64,000 bases of DNA from a phage. A model generated the notes under the pieces. The model saw nothing but the letters and a program-made list of their open reading frames with translations. It was not told the origin of the DNA and ran no database searches. The DNA lies in NCBI GenBank assembly GCA_012401045.1, contig GCA_012401045.1_4704.2. The stretch is one strand, 5' to 3'. The translations under genes were made by a program, and so were the position numbers. Shown one piece after another: positions 39,841 through 48,476 of the stretch. Positions within the stretch are counted from its first letter, which is position 1. Each line of letters begins with the position of its first letter.

Positions 39841-41592
39841 ATGAGCGAACAAGAACGAAAACCTAAGAAGAAACTGCTCGGTATTCAATGTCGACACATC
39901 AGCTATAACGAAGCGAACGATGGCAGCAAGAACGACCTCATGATCGCAAAAGAGATCATGTTCTTTGATGACAATACGCAAGCGACGAACCTTCGCTTCT
40001 TTGAGAATTACAAACGTCCGTTTTGGGTGACGGTAGAGAGTAAACGTAAGAACAAATATAAAAAGGAAAGCGAGAAGCTCTCGCATGTGCGTCGCTACGA
40101 TGTCCGCCAAAGCGAACTGGTTGAAAAGATCAGCTCGGTACTTTATAAAAGACGTGCTGACGATAACACCCGTTTACAGCAGCTTGCACGGAGTCCATAC
40201 CTCTATGGAACGGACGTTAGCGCCAGCTGTTATTTAAAAACCCAGTACAACACAAAATGGCCGGAATACGTCGATAAATTACCCGCTTCCATTGCCTGTT
40301 TCGATATCGAAACCGACGTTGTCCACGGACACGGTAAGATCGTTTGTATGTCTATTACAATGGGATACAATGCGATACTTTGCTATACCAAGGACTTCGT
40401 TGGTCATATTCCGAATGCCATTGAGAAAACCCATGAGAAGATTCGATATTACCTGGCCGAACGTCTGAATACCAAAGAAGATCCCCACGCATTCGAAAAA
40501 TATCAGTACGATGTTCGAATCGTAGAAAGCCCGGCACAAGCGGTCATCCAATGCATGCAGAAGGTTCACGAATGGCAGCCGGATTATCTCCTTGGCTGGA
40601 ATATCGCGTTCGATATTCCGCGCATGCTCCAGGCACTGAACGAGGAAGGGTATCGTCCCGAGGATGTTTTCTCCGATCCCCGTATACCACCTAAATATCG
40701 TATTGCTCGCTGGGTACCACCGAAGACCGACAAGGTATCTGCTTCAGGTCGTAAAACCAACCTTACCCTTGAGCAAACCTGGCCGATGTTTTATACGATG
40801 GCTACGTATCAGGTTATGGATGCGATGTGTGGCTATAAGTTCGTTCGTTTAGGAAGACCGGATGAAGGACGCTATTCACTCGATGCGGTGTTAGAGCGAA
40901 ATAAATGCCATACGAAATTAAAAGCTATTCCTGGTACAGAGGGGTTCACGGAGCTTGCCTGGCACGAAGAGATGCAAACGAACCATCAAATCGACTACGG
41001 CGTATATAACCTTTGGGATAACCAGGGTATTGAGGCGTTGGACCAGAAAACAAAAGACTATTCGATGACCATCCCTATCCGTTTAGCGGCGTCGGATTTG
41101 AAAGATTTCAGTTCTAACCCTAAACGTATCTGCGATAAACTTTTCTTCGTTTATCTTAACCGTGGGGAAGTCATGGGATGTACCGCTGACGACATGACCC
41201 AGGAAGAAGATAAGTGGGTTATCTCACGAGCTGGACATATCGTCACATTACCATGCGATCTCATGGCTGACAACGGCATTCATCTCTTCTGGGATATGCC
41301 GAACCTGAGAAGTTATATCCGTCTATTCGTTGCAGACCTTGACATTAGCAGTTCATACCCGAATGGGCAGATCCTGTTGAATCTATCCAGAGCGTGTGTT
41401 TTTCGCGAGCTCTCACGCATTGAGGGCGTCTCTGACTATCAATTCAGGAAGTTAGGTATCAACTTTATTACCGGAGGTAAAACGAACGCTGTAGACTTCT
41501 GTAGAATCGTTTATAAAGCACCATCGATGTTTGAACTTTTAGAACATTTCGATGCAACGCGTCCAAAAGAGGAAGCGCGGACCATCGAATGA
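39841..41592 (+). CDS. family-B DNA polymerase N-terminal fragment: 3'-5' exonuclease domain plus polymerase motif A
   Basis: Exo I FDIETD, Exo II WNIAFD, Exo III YNLWD, then DISSSYP matching motif A (DxxSLYPS); ORF ends ~80 aa later with no motif B or C. Confidence 0.6.
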   Translation: MSEQERKPKKKLLGIQCRHISYNEANDGSKNDLMIAKEIMFFDDNTQATNLRFFENYKRPFWVTVESKRKNKYKKESEKLSHVRRYDVRQSELVEKISSVLYKRRADDNTRLQQLARSPYLYGTDVSASCYLKTQYNTKWPEYVDKLPASIACFDIETDVVHGHGKIVCMSITMGYNAILCYTKDFVGHIPNAIEKTHEKIRYYLAERLNTKEDPHAFEKYQYDVRIVESPAQAVIQCMQKVHEWQPDYLLGWNIAFDIPRMLQALNEEGYRPEDVFSDPRIPPKYRIARWVPPKTDKVSASGRKTNLTLEQTWPMFYTMATYQVMDAMCGYKFVRLGRPDEGRYSLDAVLERNKCHTKLKAIPGTEGFTELAWHEEMQTNHQIDYGVYNLWDNQGIEALDQKTKDYSMTIPIRLAASDLKDFSSNPKRICDKLFFVYLNRGEVMGCTADDMTQEEDKWVISRAGHIVTLPCDLMADNGIHLFWDMPNLRSYIRLFVADLDISSSYPNGQILLNLSRACVFRELSRIEGVSDYQFRKLGINFITGGKTNAVDFCRIVYKAPSMFELLEHFDATRPKEEARTIE

Positions 41593-41635
41593 TTCAAGTA
41601 GGTTGATCCTCGCTTAACAAAAAAGAAAACACATG

Positions 41636-41685
41636 CGAAGCCCCTCCCCCTGGCGGAAGCCGGAGGGAGGGGTGAGGTTTATGCG
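41636..41685. terminator. bidirectional hairpin (CCCCTCCC...GGGAGGGG) between convergent genes
   Basis: Between stop of DNA polymerase fragment gene (+) and stop of 41679..42164 (-). Confidence 0.55.
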
Positions 41686-42164
41686 CGTTCGTTACCAACC
41701 GTTACTTTGTAGTCAGCGTCGGTTAAGAAAATAGACAGGAATCCATGTTCTTTGCAAATCTTACTAAGGATGTCAGCAATGATTTCGTTGATCATCGGCT
41801 TGTTTGCAAGGGCATAGATGTACCCGGGTGTAAAAGAAAGTGCGTGATTGATCATAGGCTCATGAGAAGCCAAGATAAGGATCACGTGATGCTTCCCATC
41901 GTCGGTAACGACCGCTTGCGTAGACACGAAGAAATCAGTGAAGCAGCAGCGATCACAGGCTTTAGGTATATACAAGTCACCCAGAGCTTCGTCACGTGCT
42001 TTTACGTGTGTTTCAGGGGTGATGCTGCTAAGTTGATCTTCAGCGAGATCCAAGACATCCTCAATCGTTTTAAGAATAGCGTTGCGGAAATCCTCACGGT
42101 AGAATGGGATGATATCACGATCGTTCATGTAATCGCCGGATTCGATAGTAAAGTTGATGTTCAT
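41679..42164 (-). CDS. hypothetical protein (161 aa)
   Basis: AGGAG RBS 6 nt before ATG; convergent with DNA polymerase gene across a hairpin terminator. Confidence 0.65.
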   Translation of the reverse strand: MNINFTIESGDYMNDRDIIPFYREDFRNAILKTIEDVLDLAEDQLSSITPETHVKARDEALGDLYIPKACDRCCFTDFFVSTQAVVTDDGKHHVILILASHEPMINHALSFTPGYIYALANKPMINEIIADILSKICKEHGFLSIFLTDADYKVTVGNERA

Positions 42165-42234
42165 TGAATGCTCCTAGTGGTTATGTCGATTGATCGATGT
42201 ATTGATTTATGTTTGAAGGTGTTGTTCACCTTCG

Positions 42235-42699
42235 TTAGATATCGTCATCCGTGGTGCCGTAGGACATATGCTGAATTAATTTTCTCGGCTCGATGAAAAT
42301 ACGACATGTGATAAACACATCGGGATCGTATTGCTCCACGCAACGTCCGAAGGTTTGTTTTGCGGCTTGGCGCATCGATGTTATTTCCTGATCGTTCATC
42401 GCATTATCGAATTCGATGTTGATCGTGATTTTATCGGGAAATAAATAGATAAAGTAATCGCCGCTGATACCACCATCATCAAAGTGACGTTCATTGTAGC
42501 ACTGGACGAGCTTACCTTCACGTTCTTTCTGATACCATCCAAGGATACTATTAAGACCTCTGTCCACGCATTCGAATGCTTGAGTAATAACATCCTCAAC
42601 GACGGATGCAGGCGTGGGACCATTGAATAGACGATCTAAGCGCTTTTTCATCGATTTGGTTTTCTCGTTCATGATTTCTTTTCCTGTTATAATCGGCAT
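42235..42699 (-). CDS. hypothetical small protein (154 aa; alternative start at 42672)
   Basis: First ATG lies inside a hairpin element; internal ATG (codon 10) has AGGA RBS. C-terminal QYDPD resembles the EYDPD paralog family. Confidence 0.6.
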   Translation of the reverse strand: MPIITGKEIMNEKTKSMKKRLDRLFNGPTPASVVEDVITQAFECVDRGLNSILGWYQKEREGKLVQCYNERHFDDGGISGDYFIYLFPDKITINIEFDNAMNDQEITSMRQAAKQTFGRCVEQYDPDVFITCRIFIEPRKLIQHMSYGTTDDDI

Positions 42700-42740
42700 A
42701 CAACCCTTCCCCGGCCTGATGGCTAGGGAAGGGGCTATGC
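42696..42740 (-). terminator. hairpin variant (GCATA-CCCTTCCCC...GGGAAGGGG-CTATGC)
   Basis: Downstream of 42748..43146. Confidence 0.5.
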
Positions 42741-42747
42741 TACGTTG

Positions 42748-43146
42748 TTATGCTTCGCAATCAGCTGAAGGCGTCGCGCCTTTCTTACCAGCGATACACC
42801 AAATCCGACACGCTGGGTAATGGTTAACCTCTAGAGAGCAAGGAATGTTATATTTCTCTTCCAGCGCATAAAGACATTTCGTTAGCTGCTCCAGCGCGTT
42901 CTCGTCGTGTCGTAACGCGTGGTGGCCTAATCGATGTTGGTCGTTCTTTATATACGCCTCGAAGAGAACATGTTGGCGATGTACGCTGACGTTTACAGCC
43001 TCGAGTATAGCTTGGTCGAGCATACGACTAAAGCACATCAACGAGTCAGATACGTTTTCTCGCTTAACCAGATCAATCATGGCGGGAATATACGAATGGT
43101 CGATGTTATCGATGACCGCTTTAGCGACGGAATCAGCAACGTTCAT
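42748..43146 (-). CDS. small protein (~132 aa), paralog of 43183..43578
   Basis: Track ORF starts at GTG (43176); first ATG (codon 11) aligns with the paralog N-terminus; shared EEKYNIP[CF]SLEVN block. Confidence 0.65.
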   Translation of the reverse strand: MNVADSVAKAVIDNIDHSYIPAMIDLVKRENVSDSLMCFSRMLDQAILEAVNVSVHRQHVLFEAYIKNDQHRLGHHALRHDENALEQLTKCLYALEEKYNIPCSLEVNHYPACRIWCIAGKKGATPSADCEA

Positions 43147-43182
43147 CTTTTTAATCCCTAGTTTGTTATTGATCACGTATAT

Positions 43183-43578
43183 TTACTCTTTGACGTCAGT
43201 TGTCGTTTCGACATGCTTCTCACTACTGACGTACCAGAGCAGGTACGCTGGGAAAAGATTGACCTCTAAGCTAAATGGAATATTGTATTTCTCTTCCATT
43301 TTACAGAGATGTTCTTTAAGTAAATTTCTCGCGTCTCTGTCACCACGAACAGAGTGCCAGTCTAGTTCTTTGTTCTCCTTTACCAGGACCTCTACGATGA
43401 TACGTTGCTCGTGAACCTCGGTTTTCACAGTGAAAAGTAAATCGCTGCTATCAAAACGGGTAAAACGAATGTATGAACCAGGTGTTTTTTCTTGTTTAAT
43501 AATATCGATCATGGTAGAAATGCGCGGATGATCGATGTTGTCGTTAACAGCTTTAACGATGGATTCTACAATGCTCAT
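43183..43578 (-). CDS. small protein (131 aa), paralog of 42748..43146
   Basis: AAGGA RBS; paralogy as above. Confidence 0.65.
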   Translation of the reverse strand: MSIVESIVKAVNDNIDHPRISTMIDIIKQEKTPGSYIRFTRFDSSDLLFTVKTEVHEQRIIVEVLVKENKELDWHSVRGDRDARNLLKEHLCKMEEKYNIPFSLEVNLFPAYLLWYVSSEKHVETTTDVKE

Positions 43579-43610
43579 TTTTTATCCTTAATGTTATCGA
43601 TTTGGAAATA

Positions 43611-44378
43611 TTACTTATTTTTGCTTTCTTTATAGACAGTTGTTACCCACGATGGGAAAGCCGGATGGAAACAGAGCGTGAACGTAACTGTCGTATCGTA
43701 TTTAAACGCACAGTTCACTAACCGGGTATCTAACGTTTTCCTTAATCCGTCATCATCGTTATCGATGATGGTCATATCTCTTAATATCCCAAGCACGTTA
43801 ACGCCATCGGGTGTCTGGGTTACGACAAGTCGTCGTAATGGCCCGCATGTATAGTCACGTACAAATCCTTTCTTCGGGTCCGATACCCTGTTTAACGCAT
43901 CGTGATTTTTGATGAATTCATCGGCGATACAATAGGTTTGTTCCCTTGCTTTATCGGGATCGTATTCTGCTAATAGTTCCTTCGTGTCGAACGTTATCAT
44001 GTTATTATCATTCGATTCAGAAGGGAAGCATAAAACTAAACGAACAGGGTACTCGTATTGATCTGTTCTCGTTTCGAAAGCATTAGCTAAACACGGCTTG
44101 TATGCCTTTGCGTCGACATTGTCCAAACATGGATGCAATAATGCATGAATAACGGCACCATCGTCAGTTAAACCGAATTCCAGAAATTGTACCCTATCAG
44201 TATCCGCTACGGTTTTCTGAAGGTACGCTTTACCGTTAACAATATCGGTATCCCACATATCGTCGTTTAACGATTCTTCAAACTTATCGAATATATGGTT
44301 TACGAGATTGACGAGTTCATCAATACGGCACTGTTGGTTGAATTCGATTAATCGTTGAACTTTATCTTTGATAGACAT
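43611..44378 (-). CDS. hypothetical protein (255 aa) related to the EYDPD small-protein family
   Basis: Contains LAEYDPD block shared with 44381..44839, 44839..45300 and 45372..45866. Confidence 0.65.
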   Translation of the reverse strand: MSIKDKVQRLIEFNQQCRIDELVNLVNHIFDKFEESLNDDMWDTDIVNGKAYLQKTVADTDRVQFLEFGLTDDGAVIHALLHPCLDNVDAKAYKPCLANAFETRTDQYEYPVRLVLCFPSESNDNNMITFDTKELLAEYDPDKAREQTYCIADEFIKNHDALNRVSDPKKGFVRDYTCGPLRRLVVTQTPDGVNVLGILRDMTIIDNDDDGLRKTLDTRLVNCAFKYDTTVTFTLCFHPAFPSWVTTVYKESKNK

Positions 44379-44380
44379 GA

Positions 44381-44839
44381 TTACCCATTAGCTCCTTCTT
44401 CGTCTGGAGAGTATTCCATCGTGTAGAATTCATAACCATCGGAAAACTTGAGTGTTAATGTAATAGGGAAATCGCACGGCATAGCTGATTTCGTAAATGC
44501 GTTATTAGCAACATCAGCCAACCGACGTATAGCATCAGTCCCGCTGACGCTGAACGGTAGTTGTATGTTGATAAGGATGCGGTGCTTGTAAACATGGAAA
44601 ACAACGGTACTGTCAAGATAAACGCTATGGAACGGTATTGTTGGGATGCGTTCCACAATGGAAAAATACGTCCCGTCATTATCGCTATGCCCCATCGACC
44701 AAATATCGGATTTGCGTAGATTTTGTTTGAGGGATTCGATACTTCGAGTGACGGTCTCATCAACAGGCGTGACGTAAGTGTCTTTATGCGAGTCGAAAAG
44801 TTCGTTGACGTTAGATTCGAATGAATACATTGTTGCCAT
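44381..44839 (-). CDS. small paralogous protein (152 aa), EYDPD family
   Basis: QLPFSVSG and EYSPDEE blocks shared with the downstream paralog; 1-nt overlap coupling. Confidence 0.65.
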   Translation of the reverse strand: MATMYSFESNVNELFDSHKDTYVTPVDETVTRSIESLKQNLRKSDIWSMGHSDNDGTYFSIVERIPTIPFHSVYLDSTVVFHVYKHRILINIQLPFSVSGTDAIRRLADVANNAFTKSAMPCDFPITLTLKFSDGYEFYTMEYSPDEEGANG

Positions 44840-45300
44840 TATTCTACCTCTTTCTTCATCTTCATCGGAACAGAGAGTGCTGTTATCTCTGTTCCATTAT
44901 CCGGTTCATACTCCAATGTAACGAGATTGCAGCCATCCGATAATTCATAATCGATCGCTAGGGGGAACGAGATACCGTGCGACTTTATGCATTTACCAAA
45001 TGTCTCGTTGGCTGTATACATTAGAAGTTGCTTTGCGGCAAGCCCGTTTACGCTGAAAGGTAATTGTGCTGTCGCAGCGATACGATTATTGTAAACTCTG
45101 ATATCGGTGATATCTACAATCGTAGCATTGCCGTGTTGTGTTGTTGGAACGGATAGGTTGTAGAAGTAAGGTTCGGAGTCGGAATCGGGCTCGTTAAATA
45201 ATTCCCAGCACCCGTCCTCCTGCAATCTTACTTCGAGTATTTCAAAGCTTTTAATTATCGATTCTACCAGCTGCTCACCGTAAGAATCCCATGTCGTCAT
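44839..45300 (-). CDS. small paralogous protein (153 aa), EYDPD family
   Basis: QLPFSVNG and EYEPDNG blocks. Confidence 0.65.
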   Translation of the reverse strand: MTTWDSYGEQLVESIIKSFEILEVRLQEDGCWELFNEPDSDSEPYFYNLSVPTTQHGNATIVDITDIRVYNNRIAATAQLPFSVNGLAAKQLLMYTANETFGKCIKSHGISFPLAIDYELSDGCNLVTLEYEPDNGTEITALSVPMKMKKEVE

Positions 45301-45371
45301 TTTTTAACACCTTCGACACCTTTTAACCGATACGTGTCCCATCTAACAAGGGACACGATATCGTTGATTAA

Positions 45372-45866
45372 TTACTCTTCTGTGTTTTCATTGTCAGGAT
45401 CGTAGTGGAATTCGAACAGCCCTGAACCGTCGTGTCCGTTGATTGTTAGTATAACGGGCATATCGAATCCTCGGACACGCGAATGAAAACATTGTGCTAA
45501 TTTTAGTTTGGCGTATGCCGCTACTTCATTGACAGCAATACACGATTCACCTGTTATACTCAGTATAACGTCGATACTAACAACGTTGTCGTGCAACGCA
45601 AAACGCCAGCGATCGATACGATTATTATCTTTATCGGTTGTCTCGTTTACGAGATAGACTTTATCGTCAACCGACAAAGCGGGACTCCAGCAACGATCGT
45701 TTATTAAATTCGCCTGGAGTTTTAGTATCGTCTGATCGATAATATCCCAACACGTAACCAGCGTGGTGTCAGGCACTGAGTAGAGAAGGGCGTGCACTTT
45801 ATCCTTTATTTTAAGTGCTTCCGCAGGACGTCCGCAAATACCATGCATTTCAACTTTCTTATTCAT
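45372..45866 (-). CDS. small paralogous protein (~164 aa), EYDPD family
   Basis: Track ORF starts at GTG (45872); ATG is codon 3; C-terminal FEFHYDPDNEN block. Confidence 0.6.
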   Translation of the reverse strand: MNKKVEMHGICGRPAEALKIKDKVHALLYSVPDTTLVTCWDIIDQTILKLQANLINDRCWSPALSVDDKVYLVNETTDKDNNRIDRWRFALHDNVVSIDVILSITGESCIAVNEVAAYAKLKLAQCFHSRVRGFDMPVILTINGHDGSGLFEFHYDPDNENTEE

Positions 45867-45909
45867 ATTCACTTCTTTCTTAATCTAAATGTTAGTTGGG
45901 GTGGGATGT

Positions 45910-46512
45910 TTACATGCTTTCTAGCATATTGACGATCATGGAACCCATACCGAAACTCGGTCTTTCACCGATGTACTCAGCAAGCTGGCGATGGACGTCT
46001 TTTGGATTTCCTTCTTCACCATCGGCATCGATGTAAACCGAAAAAGAAACCGAATCGGAATCCACGCTGATAACCAGACGACGTTCATTGCGTTCCTTGA
46101 GCGTGTCGACGATAGATGCTTTCAGTACCGGGATCGCATTCATCGCGTGCAAGATATCTCCATCGGGTTTCGGCAGATCGATCTTTTCTTTCAGGTCGAT
46201 ATTGATGTTGGTTACAATTGGATTGAGGTCGACCTTGACATAATCGTTAGGATACATGCGAATAATCGCACGATCGATATCTGAGCCGTAAAAGTCAACA
46301 CGCGGCTTTAACACTTCTTTGTTTGGATCCATGTTTTCATCCATCCCAGCCTGCAAGAAACGTTCTACGTTATCCAGTTCACGATAAACTGACGCTTCGA
46401 TTTCTTTCAGATAGTTGGCTGCGGTTTCATGTTCTTTACGCAGCTCGTCTTTAAGGAGCTGTACGGTGGTTTCACTGGAACGGATGCTGTTCGCGAATTG
46501 TGTAATTGACAT
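45910..46512 (-). CDS. hypothetical protein (~200 aa)
   Basis: Track ORF starts at TTG (46542); first ATG (codon 11) has AAGGA RBS 7 nt upstream. Confidence 0.65.
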   Translation of the reverse strand: MSITQFANSIRSSETTVQLLKDELRKEHETAANYLKEIEASVYRELDNVERFLQAGMDENMDPNKEVLKPRVDFYGSDIDRAIIRMYPNDYVKVDLNPIVTNINIDLKEKIDLPKPDGDILHAMNAIPVLKASIVDTLKERNERRLVISVDSDSVSFSVYIDADGEEGNPKDVHRQLAEYIGERPSFGMGSMIVNMLESM

Positions 46513-46610
46513 ATCGAATTCCTTAAATTCTCTTGAGTTCAATTAATGATGAAAAGCTGTAAAAAAAGGTGGGGCGAACCCCACCAAAACGTCAGACACA
46601 CGCAGGAAAA

Positions 46611-47036
46611 TTAATTCAGTGATGCATATAAGGCATAACGACTGTAGATCTCAACCGCCGGTCCGTTATGTGTTAACAGACCATCCTGGTTGTAATACTG
46701 GAAAAATGAATAACGTTTGTCGAAGTGATAAACAAAAGCGATGTCTTTGCCGTCAAAACCTGTGATGCGTGGTCTGTTTTTATCTAGCAATGCTTTGACT
46801 TTTAACAGTGTTGCCGCACGTGCTTTAACGTTAGGGATCAAGCCATCACAATCGATATAAACGGTGTAACCTGTTTCAGATGTTGCGACGGTTGTATTGC
46901 GATTGACGCGGAAGATTTTTGTTTCGTATGTACTATCTTCAAGAATTGGGTTTTGTTTTTCGTATTTTCGTTTACGTAGAAATTCTACAACGGTGATATA
47001 GTTAGCGGTAATATGCCCGGTTATTGCTTGTAACAT
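46611..47036 (-). CDS. hypothetical protein (141 aa)
   Basis: AAGGA RBS; conserved promoter-like motif ~70-100 nt upstream. Confidence 0.65.
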   Translation of the reverse strand: MLQAITGHITANYITVVEFLRKRKYEKQNPILEDSTYETKIFRVNRNTTVATSETGYTVYIDCDGLIPNVKARAATLLKVKALLDKNRPRITGFDGKDIAFVYHFDKRYSFFQYYNQDGLLTHNGPAVEIYSRYALYASLN

Positions 47037-47083
47037 CTCGACATCCTTTTATATTGGATTGATTGCAATTGTCTTAAATAGAT

Positions 47084-47135
47084 GATAAGATATTTTGCTC
47101 TTATCACTAAGGTAATGTAGTCGCGAAATAAACTG
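47084..47135 (-). promoter_or_regulatory. second copy of conserved promoter-like motif with adjacent palindrome GATAAGA-N8-TCTTATC
   Basis: ATCACTAAGGTAATGTAGTCGCGAAATAAACTG; ~70-100 nt upstream of ATG of 46611..47036. Confidence 0.4.
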
Positions 47136-47156
47136 CGTTAACACGAAATAAAAACA

Positions 47157-47212
47157 GCATAGAACCCTCCTCCCCCATCCTTCAAGAGGACGGTGGGAAG
47201 AGGGAGAGATTA
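47157..47212 (-). terminator. hairpin of the CCCTCCTCCC...GGGAAGAGGG family
   Basis: Overlaps stop of 47210..47611; followed on minus strand by the conserved promoter-like motif. Confidence 0.5.
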
Positions 47213-47611
47213 AATGTCGTGGACGGCAATGCCGTTTAACCAGCAATACAGCTTAACGCGACACGGATACCGCTTCGTTGCGGCAACCATTTCATCGCGT
47301 AAACGCTGGTAGATTTCATCCTGGTGTTCACGTTCAATGGGGTAATCAGCCCAACATTCGATCATGACATCACCATTCGTCAGAATCGTCGTACGCATCC
47401 TGTCCTGGATACGGCGGTCTTTCCCGGCATTAGGGAAATACATTCCTTCAGTACGAATAAGGTCGCCGCAGGGCATGACTAACCATTCGTTCGTTTTGCC
47501 GGTATTCTTATAATCCATTACGGCTTGCATTGCGGTGTCAACGCTAAAAGAAACATAATTCCAAACGGATGTCCAACGATAGATTGCGGGTTGTTCGAGT
47601 GTTTCGTTCAT
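47210..47611 (-). CDS. hypothetical protein (133 aa)
   Basis: ATG-initiated ORF followed by hairpin element at stop. Confidence 0.6.
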   Translation of the reverse strand: MNETLEQPAIYRWTSVWNYVSFSVDTAMQAVMDYKNTGKTNEWLVMPCGDLIRTEGMYFPNAGKDRRIQDRMRTTILTNGDVMIECWADYPIEREHQDEIYQRLRDEMVAATKRYPCRVKLYCWLNGIAVHDI

Positions 47612-47657
47612 GGAGTGCTTGTCCTATTTTTATTTTCTGCACAGGATAAATTCAACG

Positions 47658-47707
47658 GCATAAAGCCCTTCCCTGCCCTTATATGGGGCGGGAAGAGTTT
47701 ATGACCG
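47658..47707 (-). terminator. hairpin variant (GCATAA-AGCCCTTCCC...GGGCGGGAAG-TTTATG)
   Basis: In the ~210-nt spacer downstream of 47825..48451. Confidence 0.45.
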
Positions 47708-47824
47708 CAATGAGAATCTCTCACGACAAGCTCACGACGATTATCGCATCACCCCGCGAGTGAGGGAGATCAGGATCACCTCCTACGTCGTAACGACAGC
47801 AATCCCGTTACGTCGCTTTAGACG

Positions 47825-48451
47825 TTATGCGAAGCGACGCATGTAACCCGCCAGATAGTTACGCGTATCGAAGTAAGCAATTTCAGGAATTGCGATATTA
47901 AGGTCGATAGCGCGGATTTCAACTTGGCGACGGCTTTCATCATAGATCGCATCCATCAGACGCAGTACTGTCAGGAAAGCCATGCGGGTATGGTAGTCCA
48001 GCGGCATGTTATCGATACCGCGATACAGATAACGGTTTGCATTAAATGCCCCTTCGCTGTTATCTTTCCAGATCTTCAGAATATCAGCAAAGGCGGTGCG
48101 GAAAACTTCAGGATTATCCACATCCAGTAACGCACGGAAAGCAGACATTAAAGACCGCTGATGACGGATCAACGACTGCGGCGTTTGCGGCATGGTCGGA
48201 CCCATTTCTTCCGCATATTTCTGGAACGGAGCAACCAGGGTTGCGGCACGAGAAGCCACGATAGAAACAGCAGGCGATTCTTTCACCGCCGGTTTCGCAG
48301 GCTTTTCTTCAACAACGGTTTCCTTCTTCTCAACAGCGACCGTTTCCGGCTGTGCTACAACATCACTAACCGGAGCATCTGCAACGGTGGTTTCTACCGC
48401 AGTAATCTCCTCGTCCATTTTTGCAGAACGTTGGTCTTTATTCTTGCTCAT
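47825..48451 (-). CDS. hypothetical protein (208 aa) downstream of RNA polymerase fragment gene
   Basis: AAGGA RBS; Ala/Val/Glu-rich N-terminal region. Confidence 0.65.
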   Translation of the reverse strand: MSKNKDQRSAKMDEEITAVETTVADAPVSDVVAQPETVAVEKKETVVEEKPAKPAVKESPAVSIVASRAATLVAPFQKYAEEMGPTMPQTPQSLIRHQRSLMSAFRALLDVDNPEVFRTAFADILKIWKDNSEGAFNANRYLYRGIDNMPLDYHTRMAFLTVLRLMDAIYDESRRQVEIRAIDLNIAIPEIAYFDTRNYLAGYMRRFA

Positions 48452-48476
48452 GTTTATTTCCTTTCATTTAACAAGG

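Noticed and set aside
47612-47824. Small RNA or tRNA in the ~210-nt spacer downstream of 47825..48451
   Set aside because: Contains a family hairpin and a short CGTAACG/CGTTACG stem but no tRNA-like structure. No conserved copy elsewhere in the window to support an ncRNA call.
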